Positions 14,258 to 30,009 of a stretch of 64,000 nt of DNA are shown one piece after another. Within the stretch, counting starts at the first letter, position 1. Each line of letters opens with the position of its first letter. Below the pieces are notes generated by a model. The model was not told the origin of the DNA. It made no database searches and saw only the letters and a list, made by a program, of their open reading frames with translations. The DNA comes from Syncephalis fuscata S228 (lineage: Eukaryota > Fungi > Zoopagomycota), in the NCBI GenBank assembly GCA_025786725.1, contig JAHLTZ010000028.1:124001-188000 (forward strand), given 5' to 3'. The position numbers and the translations under genes are program-made.

Positions 14258-14992
14258 GCTATATATATATATCTTTTTACCTTAGCTTCATCAAGTTGAA
14301 TACATAGACGACGTGCTTGTCGTATGTCAGCCTCAATACGGCGCCGTTCAAAGGTTAATCGCTGGTGTGTCAAAAACTGCTCTTCTGTCATTTTCTCTTC
14401 GCTATTCTTTTCCTGTAGTGCTTGGGCGATTTGTTCACGTCGCACTTGATCTGCACCTAATCCTTCACGATCTAATAATATTTATTAACAAACAATTAAT
14501 TAATTATATATATATATTGTTTATTAATAATTTCTTACTTGATCGTATTCTACTTCAATTGGTTCAACACGTCCTTTTTCGCTTTTACCAAGTGCTGTGC
14601 CCTCACTATACATATAAAGTATAGAATGAACGTATTCATTGATAGTCAGTTATTATATATAAATAATGAAGCACTCTAGTAACTTACACGTAACCAAGCT
14701 TCTTCAACAGCTGAAAGCCTTTATTACTAGCGTCTATAGCGGCAGTCAGTCCCGTCTCTCGTTGTTCTCGTTCTCGTTCTCGTATCGAAGCTTGTTTTCC
14801 TTTTCTATCCTGCTCCCTTACCGTTCGTCTTCGTTTCTCGGCATAGGACATGGAATTGCGCTGGCTTGTTTTCTTTGACGTCTGTTTTTCTTCTAGTGCA
14901 TTTAAATCCATAGACAAGTAGTCATCACTATCACCGTCATTGTCATTTTCTACTTCTTTTTCTTTGTCTATTGATGCTGCGTCGCGTTTCAT
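13778..14992 (-). CDS. GPATCH11: G-patch domain protein 11 (CCDC75)-like with C-terminal DUF4187-type Cys motif
   Basis: DDYLSM; SNKGFQLLKKLGY G-patch; ARRLCIQLD; terminal exon YLRQTHLFCIWCGVAY...CPG. Confidence 0.85.
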
Positions 14993-15225
14993 ATTGTTAA
15001 TACGTGTTGTTGTAAAGGTTATTGTATAGATAACGTGTTAAATAATTGTAATAATTGCAATACTTGTAATAATTGTAATTATTTAGTGTTGGTAATAATG
15101 TTAATGTGTAGGGATAAAAGAAAATTAGTCTATACTATTACTAAGCTCCTTCTCTCCTCTTTCTTTCTATTGCTTTGTTGCTTTGTCGAGGTTCTTTTTT
15201 GGTTTAAATACAAATATAAACACCA

Positions 15226-16994
15226 ATGCAACAGCAAATCTGTAAAGGCGAAGCATGTGGCCAACCGGCCAAACTACAATGTCCTACTTGTGTCAAATTA
15301 AAGATTGCTGGCTCTTTCTTTTGTTCACAAGATTGTTTTAAAAAGAATTGGGCTCAGCACAAGGCTGTCCATACAGAGTCAACAGGACCAGGTAGATAAC
15401 AACATGTAAAAAAGCAAGAATATGGTATATTAAACATAGTTTATATTATATGAATCAAAATATCACTGCCACTATAGTTACTCAGTTTAATCCATGGCCT
15501 ACATACAACTATACAGGTACAGCTCGACCAGTATATCCAATTGGAGAGCGCCGACATGTGCCAGAGCATATACCACGACCTGACTACGCAGAAGATGGTA
15601 GGTGTATTTTGCTATTTATTATTGTAGCAGTTAGACATCTAGTTATTAATGACTAATTGTTATATCAGGCCTACCTAAGTCTGAAATGAATATACGCGGT
15701 AGTACTAAAATTGAGATACTATCTCCAGAAGAAATTGAAATAATGCGGCACGTATGTCGAGTAAGTAACTGATACTGTATTAAATATAATAAATTATATT
15801 TATTTATTATGCTGTAATATATGTGATGATCAGATGGCACGTGAAGTATTGGATGAAGGTGCACGAGCCATTAAAGTGGGCGTTACTACCGATGAAATTG
15901 GTAATTAGATATGATTTAATATACGTAAATGTAATTACTTGTAAAGCTAACCATTTAACACTCATTGATTAAAGATCGTATTGTTCATGAGGCCACTATT
16001 AGCAGAGACGCTTATCCTTCACCGTTGAATTATTACAACTTTCCGAAATCTTGCTGCACGTAAGTAACAACGATGGTGGTGATGATCTAAAGGATAGCTA
16101 TTATTTATACTATTTATAATTAATAATATTTATTAGGTCAATCAATGAAGTTATCTGCCATGGTATTCCCGATGGACGTCCATTGCAAGACGGTGATATT
16201 TTAAATATTGATGTATCAATTTACTATAATGGATTCCATGCGGATTTAAACGAAACTTATCTGGTTGGTGATGTTGACGAGAAGGGGAAAAAGCTTGTAC
16301 AGAATGCGCGCGAGTGTCTAGAAAAAGCCATTGCTATAGGTAAATACTAGAATCACGAGTGTATTTAAACAATACTAACGATTGGCAATAACAGTGAAAC
16401 CAGGCACCCTTTATCGTGATCTAGGCAGTGTTATAGAAAAACACGCTAAGAGTGCTGGTAATTCGGTCGTGCGTACCTATTGTGGCCATGGTGTTCATCG
16501 GTAGGATATTTAATATGATATTTGTAATATATAGCTAATGTAACTATGATTGATCTAATGACAGCCTATTTCACTGTTCGCCTAATGTGCCGCATTATGC
16601 AAGTAAGAGTTACTAGCTACCGAGTAAACCACTTAGATTGACGGCTGTTACTATAATTAGAAAATAAGGCGATCGGTGTGATGCAACCAGGTCATGTTTT
16701 CACTATTGAGCCTATGATTAATGAAGGTGATTTTTATTAAAATAGTGTGTTTTTAGGAAAAAAAGCTAATAGTCATTTATAAATAATTGTAATTAATAAA
16801 TCAGGTACATGGCACGACACACAATGGCCAGATAACTGGACTGCCGTGACCGCTGACGGTAAACGATCAGCACAGTTTGAACATACGATGGTGGTAACAG
16901 AGACTGGCGTTGAGATATTGTAAGTATAGTAATAGGCCTAAGTTTATATCCTAACAACAATAACAGAACTGCGCGTTTGCAAGATTCACCTTAA
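15226..16994 (+). CDS. MAP1: Methionine aminopeptidase 1, intron-rich
   Basis: N-terminal zinc finger [21 protein letters not shown]; [25 protein letters not shown]; GFHADLNET; YCGHG; FTIEPMIN; SAQFEHT. Confidence 0.97.
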
Positions 16995-17357
16995 AATAAA
17001 CAAGCGTGGTTATAATTAATACAATTACTTGATGATATTGGTTCTATTAAATAGCAATACTAGCATTAAAGCAAGTTAAAACGTTATAGTTAGCCAACTA
17101 GCTAATTGTATATCCGTTTGCAAAAATAGTTTAATTAAAATGTTCCATTCTTTATGTAAATGCTGTAGTAATATATAAACCAATTGTATACAGTTGTTAG
17201 TATTCTGTGTTTATTTTGCTGTATATGTCGATGCGACGTACTAAAAGTATAAAATACACTGAAATTAGTCATTGCTGGTGTATCATTTATATAAGAGTCG
17301 ATACTCATAGCTAGTGCGTTATTTACTAATAAACAGCGGTTTAAACTCTAATAGTAT

Positions 17358-19033
17358 TTATTCATCGTCACTATCGTCGCTACCGTAATTTGCTACCAGG
17401 CCAATAGCTGCCGCACTAGCGGATCGTTTATTGCCGCTGCTACTGCTGTTGCTATTACCATTGCTATTAGTATTAAGTGTCAGTCCTGGTGCTGACGCTG
17501 CAATGGTACGAATAGCCTGTAAGGTCTGTAGTGAAATAATACTGTTTGCCGGCAATGGTGGCTGTGTGTCGGGTGTTGTTGCGGTGCCATTTTCTAATCG
17601 CAATCGTTTAGTAGATGACATGTTTGCTTGATCGCTGTCGTCTTGGCTGGACTGATCTGGCAATGCTTTAAGCGATTCCTCGTATTGATGTTGCAATTCT
17701 ATTTGAGCCTCGTATTCTTTTTGTTGTTGTTCGTGTACTTTCTGCCATTTGTCTTCCATTTCAAATATTTTCTCTGCCGCTCGTTTATCCATGTCCTTTT
17801 GTATTTCCTCCCTTGCCCGTGGATTTGGATCATCAGTGGCCCATCTAAAACAAGCAGTGTCAATATTATAATCCAGTAAGTCGGTTCAATCGCCGTGTAT
17901 TACCGAATGTTAAGAATCTAGTGATATTGATTGATTAATACACAAGTTGTACATTTGTATCATAGCTTACTTCGTTATTGTCCATCGACTGATCCATAAG
18001 CGCCTCTTTGGCAAACTCGGCATTCAAACGGTCGGAAAACGTTACAAATGCCACACCTTTCGATGGCAATAGCTTGACTGTCGGACTATTAGTGTCGTAT
18101 ACGGCCAATAAATCATTGATTATTACGTACTTTTTTCCACTTTTCCAAACTCTTGTACATGTCGTCGTATCATGCCCTATTACATTTAATTTAAACAAAT
18201 AGCACTTATACTTTGGTGCCACTTACTTCAAGATCATCCGATCTTCCTATACGGCCAACGTAAAGTGTATGATTCTCGCGCATAAATGATCCCGCTGTAA
18301 CCCAACGGTTACCACACATCTTATAAACATTAAATTATCACCACTTACTGCCACCCATGTCATCTCGTAGTGTTCTAGATAAGCCACCGCCACCACCATT
18401 ATAGTTAGCGTCCAGTATTTCAGTCTGTTTATCTTTCTTGCACTTACCCCCAGCGATCCCGTCCAAAGCAGTCGCGTGATCGTTCCTTACGATCACCCGC
18501 TCGTGGTATACGATGTAGGAACTGGCATTGGTAGCTATATGATTGTTATAGTTTAAAGATAAATTCGCTTTTTACTTTGGCTGATAACTTGCTACACAGC
18601 TAAACTTACCCTTTAGGACAACAGCCATGCGCAAAAAATACACAAAAATACGCCTCTGGGTTGCGCGAACCAAGTGTCTCTCCCGAATCTCTAGCAACAT
18701 CGACTCGAGTTTCGGCGCGTATTCTTAATATCAATACCGTTACCGACAAACGAGATTCCGGTTAGTTTGTTACTATTACCTACAAACAAGCTATTGCTAT
18801 GTTCCTATTTACCTGTTCTCACCCCAAGTATCGCCGCCAGCCCACTTGTTGTACCATATATTGTAGACAGACCCAGCCTGGAGGTGAGCACGCTGTCGTG
18901 CTGCAAATACGCTAGGATCCACCTAGTCAAGTCAAAAGTATCAAAACAACGGCAAGTAAGTTTAGCACTTGAGCAATAGTCGAGCATTTAACAGTACCTG
19001 GACTCTAGCTTGCCGAGGAGTATCGGAAGCCAT
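17358..19033 (-). CDS. CWC2: Pre-mRNA splicing factor Cwc2 (Torus/CCCH zinc finger + RRM), copy 1
   Basis: RQARVQ, YNIWYNKWAGGD, FCVFFAHGCCPKG..CQFLHRIP, DCFGRD, RDDMGG, TLYVG, AEFAKEAL.DQS, WATDDPNP. Confidence 0.9.
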
Positions 19034-19256
19034 TGATGCAGTATAAACGTGTTGTTAATATGATGGTAATAAATGTGTGTGCAATACAGTAAGACTGGCC
19101 AACAATAATGTGTATAAAGGTTAATGATTTTATTTATAATTATTAAACATTTCCATAGAATTTGGAATCCAATAACCATTCAACTCTGATTAAATATTAT
19201 TATATATTATATTTATACATTTACCATCATATTAACAACACGTTTATACTGCATCA

Positions 19257-20932
19257 ATGGCTTCCGATACTCCTCGGCAAGCTAGAGTCCAGGTACTGTT
19301 AAATGCTCGACTATTGCTCAAGTGCTAAACTTACTTGCCGTTGTTTTGATACTTTTGACTTGACTAGGTGGATCCTAGCGTATTTGCAGCACGACAGCGT
19401 GCTCACCTCCAGGCTGGGTCTGTCTACAATATATGGTACAACAAGTGGGCTGGCGGCGATACTTGGGGTGAGAACAGGTAAATAGGAACATAGCAATAGC
19501 TTGTTTGTAGGTAATAGTAACAAACTAACCGGAATCTCGTTTGTCGGTAACGGTATTGATATTAAGAATACGCGCCGAAACTCGAGTCGATGTTGCTAGA
19601 GATTCGGGAGAGACACTTGGTTCGCGCAACCCAGAGGCGTATTTTTGTGTATTTTTTGCGCATGGCTGTTGTCCTAAAGGGTAAGTTTAGCTGTGTAGCA
19701 AGTTATCAGCCAAAGTAAAAAGCGAATTTATCTTTAAACTATAACAATCATATAGCTACCAATGCCAGTTCCTACATCGTATACCACGAGCGGGTGATCG
19801 TAAGGAACGATCACGCGACTGCTTTGGACGGGATCGCTGGGGGTAAGTGCAAGAAAGATAAACAGACTGAAATACTGGACGCTAACTATAATGGTGGTGG
19901 CGGTGGCTTATCTAGAACACTACGAGATGACATGGGTGGCAGTAAGTGGTGATAATTTAATGTTTATAAGATGTGTGGTAACCGTTGGGTTACAGCGGGA
20001 TCATTTATGCGCGAGAATCATACACTTTACGTTGGCCGTATAGGAAGATCGGATGATCTTGAAGTAAGTGGCACCAAAGTATAAGTGCTATTTGTTTAAA
20101 TTAAATGTAATAGGGCATGATACGACGACATGTACAAGAGTTTGGAAAAGTGGAAAAAAGTACGTAATAATCAATGATTTATTGGCCGTATACGACACTA
20201 ATAGTCCGACAGTCAAGCTATTGCCATCGAAAGGTGTGGCATTTGTAACGTTTTCCGACCGTTTGAATGCCGAGTTTGCCAAAGAGGCGCTTATGGATCA
20301 GTCGATGGACAATAACGAAGTAAGCTATGATACAAATGTACAACTTGTGTATTAATCAATCAATATCACTAGATTCTTAACATTCGGTAATACACGGCGA
20401 TTGAACCGACTTACTGGATTATAATATTGACACTGCTTGTTTTAGATGGGCCACTGATGATCCAAATCCACGGGCAAGGGAGGAAATACAAAAGGACATG
20501 GATAAACGAGCGGCAGAGAAAATATTTGAAATGGAAGACAAATGGCAGAAAGTACACGAACAACAACAAAAAGAATACGAGGCTCAAATAGAATTGCAAC
20601 ATCAATACGAGGAATCGCTTAAAGCATTGCCAGATCAGTCCAGCCAAGACGACAGCGATCAAGCAAACATGTCATCTACTAAACGATTGCGATTAGAAAA
20701 TGGCACCGCAACAACACCCGACACACAGCCACCATTGCCGGCAAACAGTATTATTTCACTACAGACCTTACAGGCTATTCGTACCATTGCAGCGTCAGCA
20801 CCAGGACTGACACTTAATACTAATAGCAATGGTAATAGCAACAGCAGTAGCAGCGGCAATAAACGATCCGCTAGTGCGGCAGCTATTGGCCTGGTAGCAA
20901 ATTACGGTAGCGACGATAGTGACGATGAATAA
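19257..20932 (+). CDS. CWC2: Cwc2, copy 2 (inverted duplicate, possibly artefactual)
   Basis: Reverse complement of 17358-19033. Confidence 0.75.
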
Positions 20933-21295
20933 ATACTATTAGAGTTTAAACCGCTGTTTATTAGTAAATAACGCACTAGCTATGAGTATCGACTCTTATA
21001 TAAATGATACACCAGCAATGACTAATTTCAGTGTATTTTATACTTTTAGTACGTCGCATCGACATATACAGCAAAATAAACACAGAATACTAACAACTGT
21101 ATACAATTGGTTTATATATTACTACAGCATTTACATAAAGAATGGAACATTTTAATTAAACTATTTTTGCAAACGGATATACAATTAGCTAGTTGGCTAA
21201 CTATAACGTTTTAACTTGCTTTAATGCTAGTATTGCTATTTAATAGAACCAATATCATCAAGTAATTGTATTAATTATAACCACGCTTGTTTATT

Positions 21296-21485
21296 TTAAG
21301 GTGAATCTTGCAAACGCGCAGTTCTGTTATTGTTGTTAGGATATAAACTTAGGCCTATTACTATACTTACAATATCTCAACGCCAGTCTCTGTTACCACC
21401 ATCGTATGTTCAAACTGTGCTGATCGTTTACCGTCAGCGGTCACGGCAGTCCAGTTATCTGGCCATTGTGTGTCGTGCCATGTAC
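21296..21485 (-). pseudogene. Inverted copy of the last two MAP1 exons (outer end of the fold-back arm)
   Basis: Reverse complement of 16805-16994 ([21 protein letters not shown]). Confidence 0.85.
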
Positions 21486-22207
21486 CTGATTTATTAATTA
21501 CAATTATTTATAAAATAAGTTATTTGTCACTCATGCGACATACATTCTATATCATTTTAATATTGTTTAAATAAAGTATTTTAGTTTTAGTATTACCACG
21601 TATATTTATTTCAAATCTAGGCAGGCCTGCTATAATAATCAACTATTGATAAATGGCTATATGTACTTTATTTTAAAATGGTATCATATTATTAACAATA
21701 CATTTCGTAGTAACAATTTCTGATATCAAATTATCAATATTTAATATTACTACTATGCTCATTACTTCTATAATGATATGTTTTATGCTTTCAAGTGTGT
21801 TCTTTTCATAATTGTAGGGGTGTATAAAGCGTGAAAAGCTTTAGAACAATCTTAGTGTGTGCCATGCCATTGAATATTATTTTGTGTAACACATGTGTTG
21901 CGTAAATTGCATGCTTTATCTCACCTGGTTGTAAGTTTTTGTTCTCATGTATTATTTCAACATGCAGTCTAAACGCATGAATGTATTGATGTCATGCTCA
22001 ACAAAATAGTCCTTGAATCCTGCATGAAAACAAATAGTATTAATACATGGTCGTATGGCGTATGCTATTTGGACATTATTCTATCACTTTGTATCCGCGT
22101 CAAATATTCATATTATTTGTATCTCTGTTATTGGAGCTGGCAGGCCTGCTTTATCTCATTACCACCGAGCCACATTATCGATTGTTTAAATTCACTCTTC
22201 CTTCAAT

Positions 22208-23731
22208 ATGGTTTTTTCAAATCTTTCACACGAGCCTATTTTGCTTTTAATCGTGCGATTTTTATTTATAGCAGTTTGTTTTATTGTTTTTGGCTGGTCC
22301 ATTGCAAAAGAACTGATTGGTGAATCTAAATTGAAAAATGTTTATCAGACAAAGTATCATACCGAATTAATTGAACTACCAATTATATTAATTCGAATAG
22401 TGTTACCAGTTGGTTCAAACTTTACCCTTTGGCCACCAAATTTTATAGAATCTTCTCAACAAAGTAGATTTAATATGTCGCAGCAGATAATTCCACTTAA
22501 ATGGAATGATAATGTTGTAGATTCCAGCGAGAAGAATTCCATCTGGTCATCAAATCGTGACTTGCCATCTGAGTTGTTTAATAACGGCTCTGCTCTTTAT
22601 TTAAGCCTATAAATCCGGATTTCAACATCACTTTTGCTCCAAAGATATCGGATAAAATCAGCAATGCTAATACAAACAGACTACTTACTACAAATATACA
22701 CTAACTCAGGCAATGCAAGTTATAAACAGACAACCCCGTATTGAAAATTTAGCAACTACCACATTTAAACTCGACGTATTTATAATTGAAAACCCCAAAT
22801 TACTTATTGATGCAATCAATTTTAAAAAACCGGTTGATTTAGCTGAGATCAACGCTAGATCCCGCTTTACTGTGGTAAAGGAACTGATCTTAAGATTGAT
22901 TTTCTTAAAAGTTATAGAGAAATTGATGGCAAAAATGAACCCATATACGATTTCCAGGCCTCTAAAGAACTTTTGCCTGCTTAGGTCATATTGTAATCAA
23001 CATTGCCCCTCGCAACAAACCATCACCCGATATGAATGGCTATATGGTGAAGAAAGAAATTATATATACCCTTTTAATTTTCTTCACGTTTCTGCTGTTA
23101 TTGGTGGAATCTTAAGTCTTATTCTTATCATATACACTTTCCTTTTCGGCCAACGTCGCCTCCGACCCTGGGGAATTATTCAACAGTATTTCATACGTAG
23201 CAAAATACTTGTTGCTTTGTCACGATTCATGAATAATATGAGAACAGCTGGTCAACCTGAATCCAAGAAAGGTGTAGTCAAACATACGGTAGCTACATAT
23301 GTGACAAATCTACAGCAACAAGGCACTTTATTGCAGCCGACAAAACTTATGGGGCCATTAGGTCAACAAACATCATTAATTAGTAGTACGCCATTTATGC
23401 TGCCACCAATAACTAATCTAGGTCAACAACAATCGTATGCCATAGTTCCTCCTGAAGATGAAATCCGCGAACTTAAAACAATACTGACTACTCAAACCAC
23501 AAAAATACAAGATCAGAGGCACAATTGGAAGCACAAGTAAAACAGCTTGCACTAGTATCAAGCCGTCTTGCAGCCCTTGAGAGCAATTCATGTCCAGAAA
23601 ATACTAATGCTATATCAAATGAATTACCAAATAATAATAATGGTAATAATTTATTAAATCCTTTAATGGCACAAAATGTAAATTATTTGAATCGTCAAAT
23701 AATGATACATCCTTTGAAGCCGTATAACTAA
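22208..23731 (+). CDS. Uncharacterised two-TM membrane protein (LFG..PWG..Q motif), interrupted by frameshifts/stops
   Basis: TM1 EPILLLIVRFLFIAVCFIVFGW; long loop; TM2 SAVIGGILSLILIIYTFLFGQRRLRPWGIIQ; C-terminal coiled-coil-like segment; breaks near 22612, 22705 and 23525. Confidence 0.55.
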
Positions 23732-24247
23732 TTTGGAAACTTTCCAAAATCGATTGGGAGTATTCTATTTAGATTCTGGTCTGTTTAAAAATAATTAATT
23801 TACATAATCATTATCATTATTATAATAAATTAGTTATTTAATTAGCTATTATAAAATTATTGAAGTAAATGATAAATACGTACGCAGTGTAAATAATACA
23901 AATGTACTTAAAGTTGCAAATCTATGTCGATCAAACTGGTCAACTATTTAATTAATAACTAAAACCAATATTATATTACCACAACGTATAAACGCTTGCT
24001 AATAAACAACTATAATAGTTATCACGTTTATTCTGAACTTATTATTGTTGTATAATAACAAGACACTACTATATATATATATAGCATAGTTCCTATTTGA
24101 TAACCAAATAAATAGGATACATGGTGCGTAAACATTATTTTCCCAGTCTATTAAGGTAGTTCACTAACTCATTTCTTTATATTTATTTCACTCCTTTTCA
24201 TTATCAATATTGTAGCCACTTACACTGACAACACACACATACACACA

Positions 24248-26240
24248 ATGTCTATTATGAAACTATTCGGCATGGTAAGCATTTATGAACCAATGAGTAA
24301 AGCCGTGATAATAATTCAACTTTAGGGCAATGCCAGTAAACTGTCAACAGCGGAACTATGGCCAGATGAGTCGGAACGCTACTATGGATTAGAGAATGTA
24401 AGTGCGACTAGGAATCCAACCATCGTATAATAACAATGACTTGATGGCTTTCTATATACGCCAAATAGTTTGGCAATACTTGGTAAGTGTATACGCTGAA
24501 CAAGTAAAGAGGCTACTAGTAAACAAGTAAACTTATTGATACTCTATAGCTATTGTAATTCTATTTTACAAGCGCTCTATTTCTGTAAACCATTTCGCGA
24601 TTGCGTTACCAATTACCCGTATGGACCCATTCCTAACTTGTTAAAAGAATCAAATGGAGAACAAGAGGCAAGAAATAGCCTATCTAGCAATACAGCAGAA
24701 CCTTGTAATCAACGATCTGCTTCTGGCTCAAATGGAATAGTCGAAGCGGCAACAAATGCATCACGCGATGTCAACGGTCAGTATAATCAACCAGCAACCA
24801 ATGGACAGGTTGAAGATACGGTTGTAAATCAACGACGACCTGAAATAATGGATAATAGTCTATTTTCAGAGTTACAAAATCTATTCTGGAAGATTAATCA
24901 ACAGAAACGTCAAAGCGGCGTCATGGCCCCAAATCAATTTATAAACAAAGTTAGAAAGGAAAATGGTAAGTTGTATGAAATAGTCATTTAAATATTAATA
25001 TTATTAAATATATATATATGATCAATGTTAGAATTATTCCGAGGCACTATGCACCAAGATGCACATGAATTTCTTATTTATATATTAAATACAGTAGCCG
25101 AGAATGTAATGGATTATGAAAAAAAGTGTTTTGAACAACATCAAGAAAAGCATCCATCAACAATAACCACGAATGGTATTAATGGGCACGTTAATGGTAA
25201 AAGTGAGCTACTTAAAGGCTGGTCCGAATATTTTGAAGATACATCAACAACAATAACAAAAGATTCAAGTAATAATGAAACACAATCAAATGTCACATCA
25301 TCAACAACAACAACGGCTACACCACCCACAACAACATGGGTTCATCGTTTATTTGAAGGTGTTTTAACCAATGAAACTAAATGCCTTACCTGTGAGACAG
25401 TAAGTATTAGTTATATACTAATTAGTTAGATATATATATATATAAAACTAATACTGATATGTAGGTTACAAGTCGTGATGAATGTTTTCTAGATCTATCC
25501 ATTGATATTGAACAACATTCTTCTGTAACAAGTTGTTTACGACAATTCTCAACAAGTGAAATGCTATGTCATAAAAATAAATTCTTTTGTGATTCGTGTT
25601 GTGCTTTACAGGAAGCAGAGAAACGGTAACGATTAATTAACCACCCACTTATCATTAATTAACCTATCTAATTATTTAGTATGAAGATTAAGCGACTTCC
25701 TAAAGTATTGGCACTACATTTGAAGCGATTCAAGTATCAAGAACGTGTGCAGCGTTACATTAAACTATCCTACCGTGTAGTATTTCCTATGGAGCTGCGT
25801 CTATTTGATACAGTAAGTGGTAGCTATAGCCTAATCTATTAATTGATATCATAGTTAACCATTGATTAGTGTGACTCTACTGAGAATCCCGATTGTCTCT
25901 ATACACTATTTGCTATTGTTGTTCATATTGGCGGGTAAGTACTTGATATATATGTATATATACCAAATGTACTGTTCTAATTCTAGTTATTAGTGGACCA
26001 CATCATGGCCACTACGTATGCATCATTAAAAGCGCTGAACAATGGTTGCTATTCGATGATGACTGTGTCCAGGTAAATATCGTAGTTAGTAGAAGACAGC
26101 AACATCAATAATAACTATGGTTCTATTAGATTATATCTGAAGATGATATTCCACGGTATTTTGGTGGATTAACTCAGAATGGATCAGGCTATCTACTTTT
26201 CTATCAAGTAGCAGATGAAGATAAATTGGCCCATGTATAA
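24248..26240 (+). CDS. Ubiquitin C-terminal hydrolase, USP12/USP46 (CreB/Ubp9-13) family
   Basis: GLEN|FGNT|[12 protein letters not shown] Cys box, [54 protein letters not shown]. Confidence 0.95.
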
Positions 26241-26377
26241 TTGATTTAATTAACACATTAATAATTACTATAGTATAATAATAATATAATAATAATATAA
26301 TTAATTAATAGGTGTAAAGTGTTTATTTTCAGTATAAGGAATAAACACACACACACACAATGTTTTCATGATTATTA

Positions 26378-29224
<2,847 letters not shown>

Positions 29225-30009
29225 TGTATATAGGATATATATTTAGTTAATACTTAATAGTAGATATGTAGATACTTACATACACACACACTTAGGCAAA
29301 GTAGAAAGAGAAGAAGAAGAAGAAAGGGAAAGAGCTAGACAGTGGTATTTGTTTAGAGGAAGAAAGGGGGCTGTATTAAACTGATCTCGCTCTCCTCACT
29401 AATCAACATCATAATAAGGACAGTATTCATTATTATAGGATTGAAATGGCCTATTACCAATTCCCCTTCTTTCTCCGCCCATTGTTGTTAGTTTATCCGG
29501 TAGAATGATACAGGTTCGATCTAAGAGAGTAAATAGTATAGATGATCGCTTATTTATCGTCATTTCCCCAGTTAATTTAATTAACTAGCCTGAGAATAAA
29601 CACGTTGAGTATTCTTTTTATGGGAAATAAGCATACAAAGTAAATCAAATTCCGTGACACGTCATCATCATCATCATCATCATCACATTATGGTTATTGT
29701 TATTAACAACACTATTCGTATTTCACACACACACACACACACACAGTATTTTAATAGACTCCGCTCGCCTTTCTCTCCACTCTCTCCTACTCTCTCCACT
29801 CTTTCTTCTCTCCTTTTCCTTTTTGAGTCGTGTCTATACTACGCATATACACACACTCACGCGTGTTTTATAGGTGACGATAACTGTATCGCCTATTCAC
29901 ACTACTCTCCCCTTTTGTCCTATCTTTTCTCTTTACTTCTTATTCTCGTTTGTTTGGACTCTTTCTACCACGCTTACCGCTTCTACTGCTATTTGTATTT
30001 ACTGCAACA
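29225..30009. promoter_or_regulatory. Putative bidirectional promoter shared by PCCA and PCCB
   Basis: 785 bp between divergent ATGs; pyrimidine-rich tracts on each sense strand; (CAT)n and (CA)n microsatellites. Confidence 0.55.

Larger units (their letters stand above)
16776..21514. repeat. Long inverted duplication: arms 16776-19069 and 19221-21514 (2294 bp each), 151-bp spacer
   Basis: Mirror ORFs with coordinate sum 38290 and identical translations; no arm differences noticed. Confidence 0.97.

Noticed and set aside
29505-29530. GGTTCGAT resembling a tRNA T-loop/B-box
   Set aside because: No T-stem or cloverleaf can be formed around it.
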